A DNA stretch of 64,000 bases. Origin: a virus. Made by a program: the position numbers and the translations under genes. Under the pieces are notes generated by a model. The model made no database searches. It saw only the letters and a list, made by a program, of their open reading frames with translations, and was not told the DNA's origin. Numbering within the stretch: the stretch's first letter is position 1; every line of letters begins with the position of its first letter. The stretch spans positions 96,001 to 160,000 of IMG/VR virus record IMGVR_UViG_3300023202_000336; one strand, written 5' to 3'. Positions 54,883 to 64,000 of this stretch are shown piece after piece.

Positions 54883-55492
54883 GGTTATATACGTCGATGA
54901 CGAGTCGGTAACTATTTCAATATCGACGAGCGAAACTGATGAAATCGGTTACGATCTAAAATTTCGAGATGCTTCTTCGTTTTTTGACGTCTATTCTCCA
55001 AAATACGCGGCAGGCCGCATCATAGTAGCCTCCCTATGGGTCTGGTCGGTACTGACCGAACGAGGAGCGTCGCTTTACGGGTTTTTCAGTCCGGCGGACA
55101 AGGTCGCGGCGAAACTCATCAGCAAAACTCCGAAAGTCGGTCCAGCGCTCGCGTCGAGACTCGTACAACCCCACGGAACAGATTACATAAAGAGCCTTGT
55201 ACGGGCGGGTGATGCGAAGGCGATGGCGAAGACCTGTTCAGGCCTTGGAGAACAGAAAGCAAAGGCCATAATACAAGGCTTGCAGCGGAGCTTCCCGAAA
55301 ACTCTAGAGGCTCACGACGGCGAGCCGGAGCATCCGATGACGAGTCGATTGGCGGAGACCTTAGCTGGTATTGGCGTAGACGTGGATAGGAAAGTCGTAT
55401 CTCAAGTAATCGAAGAGGCAGCTGAGAAGAGTCTTCCGATGTCTCAATGTCTTGAACTTTATTTTCGTGCAACGAAACGGAGCCGTAAATGA
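54860..55492 (+). CDS. ruvA: Holliday junction binding protein RuvA (divergent)
   Basis: MIGYVNGKV, IGY, SLYGF, KVGPALA and GLGEQKA HhH motifs; adjacent to ruvB. Confidence 0.8.
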   Translation: MIGYVNGKVIYVDDESVTISISTSETDEIGYDLKFRDASSFFDVYSPKYAAGRIIVASLWVWSVLTERGASLYGFFSPADKVAAKLISKTPKVGPALASRLVQPHGTDYIKSLVRAGDAKAMAKTCSGLGEQKAKAIIQGLQRSFPKTLEAHDGEPEHPMTSRLAETLAGIGVDVDRKVVSQVIEEAAEKSLPMSQCLELYFRATKRSRK

Positions 55493-56703
55493 CAAATGAA
55501 AGCTATCATGACTCTCGTGTAGAGTCGATCAAAAAGTCGTCTGAGAAGGCGTTCAGAGAACTCCCCGAGTCGGAGGTCGATACTGCGAAGGCAATGCGAG
55601 CGCAGCTTTTCGAATGGCTCGTTCAGATGGACTCGACATATCGGGATGTACGAAATCTCGCGAACGATGACATGGCGAATATCGCTGCAAACGCCGCAGA
55701 AGCGTACGCTTCCTCTCAGAAGCACGGGGCGTTGAAGAAGGCGCTCGAAGATCTTTCGGACGATGAGCAGCTCAATTTGATGCGGTACGTTCTGCGTTCC
55801 GTATTCGGGGTTTACGCGAGAGGCGCTGCGCTCATGACCCGCGCCGGCGATGACCGTCCGTGGGATAGTATCGGTTTTCATGTCGATGCAGGTTGTAACG
55901 GTGTTTTCGCGAAGGTCGGATCGAACCCGTATCAGCCGATCGGATTTGATGACGGCGAAAAGTATATCGGAACCGAAGGATCGAAGACGCTTTGGATACG
56001 AGATTTCGCATTTGCGCTTATGTTGCCGTATGCGCCTCCTTTCGAGGTCGAATCGGCAGAGATTGATACCGAGCGCGTTTCGGATGAAGTGTCGCTTTCC
56101 GATAAGGAACGTGAGCTCATCCAGGAAGCGATTGATGCGTTTGATGAAGATATCTCGAAGCATTCCAAAGCGAAAAATAAGAAAGAACGTAATGAGACTG
56201 AAGACTTCATGCGTGATACTACTCTGAAACTGATGCGACTCAGGGTCCCACGCCTTGACAAGAAGCTCGATGAGGTTTCAGAAGAGCATCCGGAGCTTGG
56301 AAGCGATTTTAGAAATTCGAATATCGTCGAGCTTTTTCTCGCGATGCGAGAGTTTCTTTCCTTGAAGCTCGAAGACGACGCTGTGAAACGGGACATCGAA
56401 GCAACGCAGCTTCGTATCAAGAGTTCTGAAGATGCAGCGCGGGGGCTTGTCGTTCAGCTCCTTGACAAGCTCGCCGCGGAGATCCCGAAGGAAGGCGAAG
56501 GTCCGGACTCGGATAACATCCAGCGCATAGTTACGGAGGTAGAAGTAGCTTTCCCTAAAGTGAAAGAGATTACGAGCGAAATGGTAGGTAAGTCAGACGT
56601 TACAGAGGCTGCGAAGGCAGTTATGGTGTTCCTCCAGAGGGAACTCGATCATATCAACTCAGCAGAGGAGTCTGCGAATGGAGACACCGAACTCGAGTCT
56701 TGA
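55489..56703 (+). CDS. Hypothetical acidic/helical protein (404 aa)
   Basis: Long coupled ORF. Confidence 0.7.
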   Translation: MTNESYHDSRVESIKKSSEKAFRELPESEVDTAKAMRAQLFEWLVQMDSTYRDVRNLANDDMANIAANAAEAYASSQKHGALKKALEDLSDDEQLNLMRYVLRSVFGVYARGAALMTRAGDDRPWDSIGFHVDAGCNGVFAKVGSNPYQPIGFDDGEKYIGTEGSKTLWIRDFAFALMLPYAPPFEVESAEIDTERVSDEVSLSDKERELIQEAIDAFDEDISKHSKAKNKKERNETEDFMRDTTLKLMRLRVPRLDKKLDEVSEEHPELGSDFRNSNIVELFLAMREFLSLKLEDDAVKRDIEATQLRIKSSEDAARGLVVQLLDKLAAEIPKEGEGPDSDNIQRIVTEVEVAFPKVKEITSEMVGKSDVTEAAKAVMVFLQRELDHINSAEESANGDTELES

Positions 56704-57124
56704 AGGTAAAGGCAATTTTGTTCGATGCGGGCAGCAATTCGAGTTCTATAGTGAGAGTTTTAAGCTTTCTATACTCGTCGAGAAAGAGGCTGGCGAAGAG
56801 AGTACCATTACGATTAATATGTTTGATAAGAAGCAGCTGAAAGAGAAGGATCCGAAGCCGTTCCTTACGATCCCCGATCAGACAGAGGCAGTTATCGACG
56901 AGTTCATGGACCTCATCGGTAATATAGGTCTCATAAAGAATCATTTGAGGAAGGATCATTCTTTCAGGATGCTCTCCAGAGCTGCTGAAGACGAGGACGA
57001 GGACGAAGAAAAGAAAGAGATTACGAAGAAAGATGTTACAGGTGAAGATGTAAAAAGGCTCACGCATAGACCGTCGCCGCCGAGCACCACCGGCTCCAAA
57101 GACAGAGTCCCGGCGAAGATATGA
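56678..57124 (+). CDS. Hypothetical protein (148 aa)
   Basis: GAGGAG RBS. Confidence 0.6.
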   Translation: METPNSSLEGKGNFVRCGQQFEFYSESFKLSILVEKEAGEESTITINMFDKKQLKEKDPKPFLTIPDQTEAVIDEFMDLIGNIGLIKNHLRKDHSFRMLSRAAEDEDEDEEKKEITKKDVTGEDVKRLTHRPSPPSTTGSKDRVPAKI

Positions 57125-58035
57125 CTTACGTCAGTATGAGCAAAGTAAGAAGCTATTCACCAGTAATAATCGATATTTTAAGTAAAGAGATGTGCGTATA
57201 TAAAGGCTACATTTTTAACTATGATGGGAAGTCCACAAAAGAAGAGATACCTAGTCTTAATGAGCTGGCGGCGAAAGAAACTCGAAAATCTTTAGGGTAT
57301 ATATTTAAAGTATTGTCCTCATTAGGCGTGGATACATTAGTAAAATTTTACGGCGATAGCGATTCGAAAATCCCTATTATACGCGCTTCTCAATCGAAAA
57401 CAGGTGAGCATTTGGCGCCTATATCTAAAGTGTGCTTAGATCGGATTACTTTAGCTAAAGAGCTCTTGATGGAGGGTGGTTTCAGCTACTCGCAAGGGGT
57501 CAAAAATGGGTATAAAAAGCTAATAAATGAAATTGCATATAGGGCCCAGCGTAGCGTCGTAACGGTTCGTAGTTATTTGAACAGGGCCGGTTTCAGTAGA
57601 AAGGGGGCTGCTAAGTGGGCGAAAAAGAACGGGTGTTTCGAAAAGAACTGGTTCGGCGATGTATTGAGCGAGTCTCTCGAGTCTCCTAATAATGGTTCAA
57701 GAGAGGGCCTTTTCGACATGGGACTCGAGAAGGAAGGTATAGACGTTGAAGAGGGCGAAGATACCCCAGAGAGTATCGAGGCTAGTCTAGTCGAAGAGCA
57801 TAAGAAGCGGGTTCAGATAGCTGAAGAGCTAATAGAGCATGTAAAGAAAAGTGGATATATCGAGAGCGATAAAAAGCTGAGATTGCTAGTACATTATTAC
57901 GATACGGCACGTAGGACGATTAACATAATGAGCGACTGGTTAAGCATAGAGCTCTCAGATGAATACGAATCTGAGATGAACAAGCCTCAAGGGTCTCCCG
58001 ATATTCTTGAAGTACTTAAAGCCGGCGAAAGGTGA
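57121..58035 (+). CDS. Hypothetical protein (304 aa)
   Basis: ATGA coupling. Confidence 0.65.
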   Translation: MTYVSMSKVRSYSPVIIDILSKEMCVYKGYIFNYDGKSTKEEIPSLNELAAKETRKSLGYIFKVLSSLGVDTLVKFYGDSDSKIPIIRASQSKTGEHLAPISKVCLDRITLAKELLMEGGFSYSQGVKNGYKKLINEIAYRAQRSVVTVRSYLNRAGFSRKGAAKWAKKNGCFEKNWFGDVLSESLESPNNGSREGLFDMGLEKEGIDVEEGEDTPESIEASLVEEHKKRVQIAEELIEHVKKSGYIESDKKLRLLVHYYDTARRTINIMSDWLSIELSDEYESEMNKPQGSPDILEVLKAGER

Positions 58036-58037
58036 TA

Positions 58038-58673
58038 ATGGCTAAGAAAGCAAAAGCAAAGGCAAGAACAAAAACGAGTCAGTCTTCGGGCTCGCGGAGC
58101 GTCCCTCCACTGAACCAGATTCAGCTGAGTGAGGGTCCGGTCGGTACCGATAAAGCGATGACTTTCGATACATGCATGGATATGTACAAGGCTATCCAGG
58201 CGATGTGGTATGACTTCAACCTTCTCCCTTCGAAAGATAAAACGGTCATCATGAGTCTCGCCTTCAACGGTGGTTTCACGAAGCTCGCACGAGACGCCGC
58301 AAACAAGTTCAAAACCATACTCGAGCAGGACAGGCACAAGGTGAAGGAGATCGTCTACAAGATTAAGCAGTCCGTCATCCAGAAGGTTGCGAGCTATCTC
58401 AATCATATCGACGTGGGCTTCCGCCGGATGTACCCGGCTTCGGTGAGGATCTACTGTTCCCGCTATCCGAGTATAGCGGGCAAGTCCCTGGTACAGAGAG
58501 CGAACCGCCATTCGAGGTTGTCCGTGAAGCACGCAAAAGCGTCGCAGGATATATATGCGAAGCTTCCTGCAGCACAGAAACAACGGGCGGCTCCTGCTTG
58601 TGCCGTTGAGATGTCTCGGTCTGCGCTCGCGAGTGAACGACGTATCATTCGGAAGCTTCTGTTACTTCCTTGA
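58038..58673 (+). CDS. Basic hypothetical protein (~211 aa)
   Basis: AAGGT RBS; K/R-rich. Confidence 0.65.
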   Translation: MAKKAKAKARTKTSQSSGSRSVPPLNQIQLSEGPVGTDKAMTFDTCMDMYKAIQAMWYDFNLLPSKDKTVIMSLAFNGGFTKLARDAANKFKTILEQDRHKVKEIVYKIKQSVIQKVASYLNHIDVGFRRMYPASVRIYCSRYPSIAGKSLVQRANRHSRLSVKHAKASQDIYAKLPAAQKQRAAPACAVEMSRSALASERRIIRKLLLLP

Positions 58674-58704
58674 CAAACCAGCGATTTACGAATAATGATC
58701 TCGA

Positions 58705-59052
58705 ATGAGACCAAGTTGCTCCAATTGTGTACGTAAACACCTTGCGCAAGCGGTAGTCCTCGTCTCGGAAGCCGAACGGGGATATCCGCTTCACGCTTGG
58801 TACGCTGTCGGTCATATAGCTGAGGCGGAGGAGGAGCTCGTCGTCGAGCATCCGGACCTCGCAAACGAGCTGAGACAAGAGCGCCTTGGCTATATGAGCT
58901 ATGTGACCGGCGGCGAACGTTACGTACCGAAGCTCGGTGATTTCATAGAAAAGATCTGCCTCATAGAAGATGACCTACGAGAAGATAGTTACGTGATAGA
59001 CTTACCAGAAGAAGAGAAAGACTTCTTCACAGAACCTCAGAAAAAGGAATAG
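58705..59052 (+). CDS. Hypothetical protein with CxxC...H metal-binding-like residues (115 aa)
   Basis: CSNCVRKHLAQA...GYPLHAWYAVGHIAEAE. Confidence 0.65.
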   Translation: MRPSCSNCVRKHLAQAVVLVSEAERGYPLHAWYAVGHIAEAEEELVVEHPDLANELRQERLGYMSYVTGGERYVPKLGDFIEKICLIEDDLREDSYVIDLPEEEKDFFTEPQKKE

Positions 59053-59059
59053 GAATATA

Positions 59060-59758
59060 ATGACCAACGAGAACCTCACAGCGGTGATACTCGTCCTCGA
59101 CCGTTCGTCGTCTATGTTTGCGGTTCGAGGCGAAACCATCGAAGGCGTCAATAACATGATCGAAGATCAGAAGGAAGGGGAAGGTGACGCACTCTTCTAT
59201 ATGGTCTCGTTCGCGAGCGCTGGGGACTATCAAGTAGTAAACGAATGGTCCGACATGAAGAGTGTCCGCCGTTTGACTTCGGAAGACTACGAGCCTTCTG
59301 GATTGACTGCGCTCATGGATGCGACAGTCAAGACGATAGACGACGTAGGACGCTATTTCGAGTCTCTTCCCGAAGAGAAGCGCCCCGGAAAGATCGTGTT
59401 TGCAATCATGACCGATGGTCACGAGAACAACTCGCAGCACGCGAGTATTAGAGATATGAACAGTAAGATCGAACATCAGAAGAAGAAATATAACTGGCAG
59501 TTCCTCTACCTGGGGGCCAATCAGAATGCGATCGATGTCGCTCAGGCCTACGGGATCCATCCTTCGAAGGCTATGACCTATGGTCATAGCGGAGAGAAGA
59601 CTCAGTCGGCGATTCGCAGCTTTTCCGGATCTATCCGGCGTGCTCGAATGGCTCATGGAGCTATGATATCGAACTCGGTCGCATTTACGGCCGAAGACAG
59701 AAAGTCAGCCGCCCCTGAAGGGGATGAGATCCATTATGCGGAGGAAGAACAGAAGTGA
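59060..59758 (+). CDS. von Willebrand factor A domain protein
   Basis: MIDAS LDRSSSM, TALMDA, IMTDGHEN, FLYLGAN. Confidence 0.88.
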   Translation: MTNENLTAVILVLDRSSSMFAVRGETIEGVNNMIEDQKEGEGDALFYMVSFASAGDYQVVNEWSDMKSVRRLTSEDYEPSGLTALMDATVKTIDDVGRYFESLPEEKRPGKIVFAIMTDGHENNSQHASIRDMNSKIEHQKKKYNWQFLYLGANQNAIDVAQAYGIHPSKAMTYGHSGEKTQSAIRSFSGSIRRARMAHGAMISNSVAFTAEDRKSAAPEGDEIHYAEEEQK

Positions 59759-59937
59759 TGAAAAAGTACGGTGTCAGTACGCCGTTCGATAAAGGGTTTC
59801 AGAGGGGGCTGTCCGGGCTGGACAGCTCCCCTGATCCTTCTATCGAGACACGGCAAGATTACATAGCATATATGGAAGGTGTCGCACAAGGGCATCTTGC
59901 TCGCAAGGAGCGACAAGAAAACAAGGATAAGAAATGA
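59755..59937 (+). CDS. Small hypothetical protein (60 aa)
   Basis: Coupled overlaps at both ends. Confidence 0.55.
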   Translation: MMKKYGVSTPFDKGFQRGLSGLDSSPDPSIETRQDYIAYMEGVAQGHLARKERQENKDKK

Positions 59938-60563
59938 CCGATCCTGTTATACTTCTCGATATGGACGGTGTATTATCGGATTTTGCTTCAGCCGTATCTC
60001 GAGTATCGCCCGACCCGCATTACGTGTACAACTCATTTGAGGCAAAGTTGATGTTCGGGGAGAAGGATCCAGCTCTTCTGGAGGAAGAGTTCGGATTCGA
60101 TTCCGTAAATGAAATGTGGAGAGCGATCGATTCTCGAGGAATAGAATTCTGGTCGGAGATGCCGACGTATCCGTGGGCGAAACACCTCGTCGAGACGCTG
60201 TCCGGATTCGATGCGAAACTCGTCGTATGCACCGCACCGTCGCTTTCAGAAAACTCTGCGGCGGGAAAGGTAGTATGGCTTCAAAGATTTTTCAATTCCA
60301 GAAATTTCCGTGATTACATGCTCACCCCGGCTAAATGGGCAGCCGCTTCAGAAAACACGTTTCTGATAGACGATAGCGAAAGTAATATCGAAAAATTCAG
60401 GCGACGGCGAGGAGGGGCTGCTCTCTGGCCTGCCCCGTGGAACAGTCTCCATAGTCGGTACTCGGATAATGGTATCAAACAGCTCGAGTACGTTCTCGAG
60501 CCGTTGAAAAAATGGTATGATGACATTACGGCTGATACCCGCGCAGATATGATACACGGTTAG
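59934..60563 (+). CDS. HAD-family 5'(3')-deoxyribonucleotidase-like protein
   Basis: LLDMDGVLSDF, AGKVVWL, LIDDSESNI. Confidence 0.85.
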   Translation: MTDPVILLDMDGVLSDFASAVSRVSPDPHYVYNSFEAKLMFGEKDPALLEEEFGFDSVNEMWRAIDSRGIEFWSEMPTYPWAKHLVETLSGFDAKLVVCTAPSLSENSAAGKVVWLQRFFNSRNFRDYMLTPAKWAAASENTFLIDDSESNIEKFRRRRGGAALWPAPWNSLHSRYSDNGIKQLEYVLEPLKKWYDDITADTRADMIHG

Positions 60564-60620
60564 ACGCGTTTACTCAGCCGCATCAGAACCGATACACGCA
60601 CATCTCAACGGAGGGCGTAC

Positions 60621-61106
60621 ATGTCACGCTTCTTTAGCTTTCTTGGTGACGTCTTTGACGGTATGTCTATGGTTCAAGGGTCGTTCAAGTATCTATTCGC
60701 TGCGCTCGTGTTTTATACTTTTGGATATCTGCCTGCGCTAATGGCATTCAAATACGATAGTTTCACGACACTTATGGTGATGTTCGGGTTCGTTACGTCA
60801 CTGACCTGCGTGGCATTCTTCTATCAGCACGTCCATCAAGAGCTTCGACACTATGGCTTCGGCGTGAGGTATCCGCATGATAACGGATATACGCAAAGGT
60901 TGGAGAAGAAGCTCGCGGAGCGGAGTAAGAAGCAACAAGCAGCAGCCGAAGCACTTGAAGAGGGGTACTATATGATTTACCGTGATTACAAAAGGACGCT
61001 TCTTAATGGGACTAGCGAAGATATAGCTCGCGCTCACAAGACCCTGAGTAGATGTTGTAAAGAGATTGACGAAAGCAGAAGCCTTAGTGGAATACCAACT
61101 CTCTAA
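60621..61106 (+). CDS. Membrane protein (two N-terminal TM segments, 161 aa)
   Basis: GGAGG RBS; hydrophobic stretches. Confidence 0.65.
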   Translation: MSRFFSFLGDVFDGMSMVQGSFKYLFAALVFYTFGYLPALMAFKYDSFTTLMVMFGFVTSLTCVAFFYQHVHQELRHYGFGVRYPHDNGYTQRLEKKLAERSKKQQAAAEALEEGYYMIYRDYKRTLLNGTSEDIARAHKTLSRCCKEIDESRSLSGIPTL

Positions 61107-61123
61107 CCGAAAGGAATGATACT

Positions 61124-61399
61124 ATGCCACAATTTACGGTACGTAGAGCGCGTCTTGAGATCGAAGAGTTCGATGTCGACGCTGCTGACGAAGTCCATGC
61201 GAAAGCTATCGTCGAGGACGGTCTCGATCAAGCTACTCTCACGCCAGATAGGACCGAGACGAAAGATGTACGTTTTGATGAATTCCAGACCAGTTCCGAT
61301 CCCGCTGCGAGTACGCTCACTGTGACCACCTCGCAGCAAAACTTCATCACGCCGAATGAGCTTTCGGATATACAAGCCCTCGGCGCAACCATCCAGTGA
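61124..61399 (+). CDS. Hypothetical protein (91 aa)
   Basis: AAGGA RBS. Confidence 0.6.
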   Translation: MPQFTVRRARLEIEEFDVDAADEVHAKAIVEDGLDQATLTPDRTETKDVRFDEFQTSSDPAASTLTVTTSQQNFITPNELSDIQALGATIQ

Positions 61400-61470
61400 A
61401 AGGAACCCATGGATAGACTTATAGACAAAATCATACCAATCACTAGCTTTCAGGGCCCGAGATAAGTCCG

Positions 61471-61770
61471 ATGGGTAGGGTCCTCAAGTATATCGTCTAT
61501 AATAAGGGGAATCTGGATTTTTTCGTCGTAGCTCCAGAGATCGCAAAACACGTCGACTTTGTGCCTCGAACCGTTGAAAACGAAGACCTGTTATCCGCTG
61601 GATTCTGTAAGGTCTATTACACCGGACAGTTGCGTCTGCACCCGGAAACGTTTGAAGCTGGCTATCAAGAAGTTCGCGTCAGATGCTACGGAAGATCCGT
61701 CTCGCTAGGTTTAGAGAGTCGACCTAAAGAAGACTCGAAGCTGCTGACGCGTTATATTACACTGTTCTAA
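61471..61770 (+). CDS. Hypothetical protein (99 aa)
   Basis: ORF in a co-oriented run. Confidence 0.55.
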   Translation: MGRVLKYIVYNKGNLDFFVVAPEIAKHVDFVPRTVENEDLLSAGFCKVYYTGQLRLHPETFEAGYQEVRVRCYGRSVSLGLESRPKEDSKLLTRYITLF

Positions 61771-61793
61771 ACTATAATACCGAAAGGAACAGG

Positions 61794-63170
61794 ATGCAGG
61801 ATATCCTTCAGTTCCTGAAGGAACAGATGAAAGACAATCAGTTTCTTCAGGGTGGCCTCGTTTTGGGCCTCGTCGGGAGCGCTATTGTATACTTGAGGCA
61901 TTTGCCCGTGCTCGTTTATCGGTGGATAAAGTTTTTACTAACGGTGACGGTAACCTTCGAGAGTAGAGATCCACTTTTTGATTTCTTTAAACAATGGACG
62001 AATGACCAAGAATTCATTTACAAGAAGCGTAACGTCATGGTATCGACGAATGAACACGTTGATCCACCGGTCATAAGGCAAGAGATGGGGAGATCGAGGT
62101 ATGTACTTCGGATGCATGGATTTTGGCTGACCGTATCAAGGTACCGCGACGAAGCAGTTGCCGACAAGAAGGCTGATCGAATGAGCTTTTCGCAGCTTAT
62201 GAATCCGGAGATGATCACGGTGACGTGTTTCGTCTGGAACAGAAAGAAGCTCGTCTCTATTCTCGACGAGGTAATCGATTCGTACGGTTCGAACGTGAAA
62301 TTCGGAGTACCGACGTATCAGTTCGGGTACTGGAGTTGGGTATCCAGCGGTGTCCAGAGCAAACGCGATGTCGATTCTCTGGTTCTTCGCGAGGGGCTCA
62401 AGGAAGAGATACTACGCGACGTTGAAGATTTTTACGCTTCGAAGGAATGGTACGATCGATTGCATATCCCTCATCAACGCGGGTATCTCCTCAAAGGACC
62501 CCCGGGGACAGGTAAGACCAGCCTTGTTGGGACTATGGCTGGCTTCTTCAACTTGAAGCTATGCCCGTTGGAACTCGGGAGCATCGATGACGACTCGACA
62601 CTGAGACGAGCATTCACCAATGTACCGGGTAGAGCGATTATCGTTATCGAAGATTTCGATTCGTTTTTTGAAGGCCGCAAACCGAAAAATCCAGATTCGA
62701 AGATAACCTTTAGCGGCCTTCTCAATGCCGTTAACGGCATCATACATAGCCCCGGGAGACTTCTTGTGCTGACAACTAACAGGGTTGAGAATATCGACCC
62801 AGCTCTGAGCCGTGTCGGACGTATCGACCGGATATTCGAACTTGGTTACGTCGATGAGTATCAAGCGGGAACGTTGCTTCGTAAATTCGACCCGAGAATT
62901 AACGAGGATATCGTAGACGACTTTGCGAAAAGGTGTGCTGAAAATAAGCTTACGCCGGCGGATCTTCTCGGTTACTTTCAAATGTGCAAGAATGATCCGG
63001 AGCGTGTCATCGATGTCGAAGCTATCGTTGAAGAGCGGAGAAAGCGCGACGCGCTTAGCGAAGAGATAGATAGGGAGGCGGAACTGCAGTTAAAGGAGCA
63101 GAGACGGAGAGAGGCCGAGACAAAGCCTGAAGTATCTCAGGCGGGCGTCCACCACGGGAGGCCGGTATAA
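61794..63170 (+). CDS. BCS1-like AAA+ ATPase with an N-terminal TM segment
   Basis: FYASKEWYDRLHIPHQRGYLLKGPPGTGKTS, IEDFD, ITFSGLLNAVNG, TTNRVENIDPALSRVGRID. Confidence 0.85.
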   Translation: MQDILQFLKEQMKDNQFLQGGLVLGLVGSAIVYLRHLPVLVYRWIKFLLTVTVTFESRDPLFDFFKQWTNDQEFIYKKRNVMVSTNEHVDPPVIRQEMGRSRYVLRMHGFWLTVSRYRDEAVADKKADRMSFSQLMNPEMITVTCFVWNRKKLVSILDEVIDSYGSNVKFGVPTYQFGYWSWVSSGVQSKRDVDSLVLREGLKEEILRDVEDFYASKEWYDRLHIPHQRGYLLKGPPGTGKTSLVGTMAGFFNLKLCPLELGSIDDDSTLRRAFTNVPGRAIIVIEDFDSFFEGRKPKNPDSKITFSGLLNAVNGIIHSPGRLLVLTTNRVENIDPALSRVGRIDRIFELGYVDEYQAGTLLRKFDPRINEDIVDDFAKRCAENKLTPADLLGYFQMCKNDPERVIDVEAIVEERRKRDALSEEIDREAELQLKEQRRREAETKPEVSQAGVHHGRPV

Positions 63171-63668
63171 ATGAGTGAGCTTATATCACTACGGTTGATA
63201 ATAACTGTACTCGCATTGAGCGCCGGGGCTAGTTATGGAGCCTTGACCAGGCATAGCTTCAAAAGTCTTTATGACAAGGTTTATATAGTTTTCGGTCGCG
63301 TTTTTTATTCGTTTTTTCCGTTCGCACTTTTGTTCACAATTGCTGGTGTATTAGTATTGATAAACGCAATACTATTCCTTCCTGAACCTTTCAAGCTGTG
63401 TTTTTGTATTTTCCTTGGTTTTCCAGCATACGCGGTTGGTAATATATCTGCAGCATGGCTTGCCCGAGTTAGTGTAATATCGGTCCAATGTCCGAATCCG
63501 ACATGCCGGTATATATGTACAAACTGGAGTGCGTTCAATCCACGGCCGGTAATGAAGTGTAAAAGGTGTCACAGTGAGTTCATGTTTCATATGCTCAAGG
63601 ACAATATGGTGTACGCCAAGACACTCCAAGACTGTGCTCGCCGGAGCCTCGTATCTGATGCTCGCTAG
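63171..63668 (+). CDS. Membrane protein with a C-terminal Zn-ribbon-like motif (165 aa)
   Basis: Three hydrophobic segments, then CPNPTC...CKRC. Confidence 0.6.
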   Translation: MSELISLRLIITVLALSAGASYGALTRHSFKSLYDKVYIVFGRVFYSFFPFALLFTIAGVLVLINAILFLPEPFKLCFCIFLGFPAYAVGNISAAWLARVSVISVQCPNPTCRYICTNWSAFNPRPVMKCKRCHSEFMFHMLKDNMVYAKTLQDCARRSLVSDAR

Positions 63669-63685
63669 AGCTTCGTATCTGAGAC
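63634..63685 (+). repeat. Two fused degenerate CRISPR-repeat copies (copy E) over the gene 3' end
   Basis: gtgctcgccggagcctcgtatctga (63634-63658) then atgctcgctagagcttcgtatctgagac (63658-63685). Confidence 0.75.
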
Positions 63686-64000
63686 TGAGATGTAGCTGAG
63701 ACTACAGCCGTTTACACCGTTCCCTCCCCACCCCTCTGCCGAAAGGAAGGCTGATTTTGAGTAAGCAGCACGAACATCTATTTGAAAAAATTTTAGGAGT
63801 AGCCTATGGTACCGCTGGCGCCGAGGGCGAAGAAATACCGAAATCGAAAGCTAAATTTTGGAGTCGCGACGATAATGGTAACTACCTTTGCTTCTATCCG
63901 GAGCTAAACCCACAGAAGCGTCTTGCCCCGGGGGTTTACAAAGTTTACAAAGTACCTATGGGTACTGTATTTCATCGAGACGACGTCAAACGTATTGATA

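Noticed and set aside
1-64000. tRNA/rRNA genes, cas1/cas2, integrase, stop-codon recoding
   Set aside because: No cloverleaf, rRNA, adaptation or integrase motifs were seen by eye; long ORFs with standard stops argue against recoding. tRNAscan-SE would be needed to exclude tRNAs formally

Overview
A 64-kb segment of a large tailed dsDNA phage genome. It carries a terminase large subunit, family-A DNA polymerase, primase, DnaB-like and SF2 helicases, RecA-like, Mre11/Rad50-like, RuvA/RuvB and RusA-like genes, and no rRNA or bacterial housekeeping operons. A Planctomycetota/PVC host is only a weak inference from two secreted coiled-coil proteins. Three things stand out. (1) A compact type V CRISPR locus: a 574-aa Cas12m/V-U1-like effector with an intact D-E-D RuvC triad, a 9-repeat array with bimodal spacers (17-19 nt and 32-34 nt), and no cas1/cas2. 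At least five variant copies of the repeat lie outside the array, at gene boundaries up to 50 kb away, all on the + strand; in the four full-length copies the RNA stem is preserved. (2) Two complete, paralogous ubiquitin-like conjugation modules (E2-JAB-E1-Ubl, and triUbl-E2/Zn-finger-JAB-E1) interleaved with the mre11/rad50-like genes. (3) A ~600-nt, heavily base-paired intergenic RNA candidate. Also present: a glycosyltransferase cluster, an RHH+TnpB element, a Fic enzyme, a BCS1-like AAA ATPase and several duplication scars around inserted modules. All family assignments come from motifs read by eye; no database search was run. Some start codons were moved from the ORF track where an RBS or gene coupling supported it.
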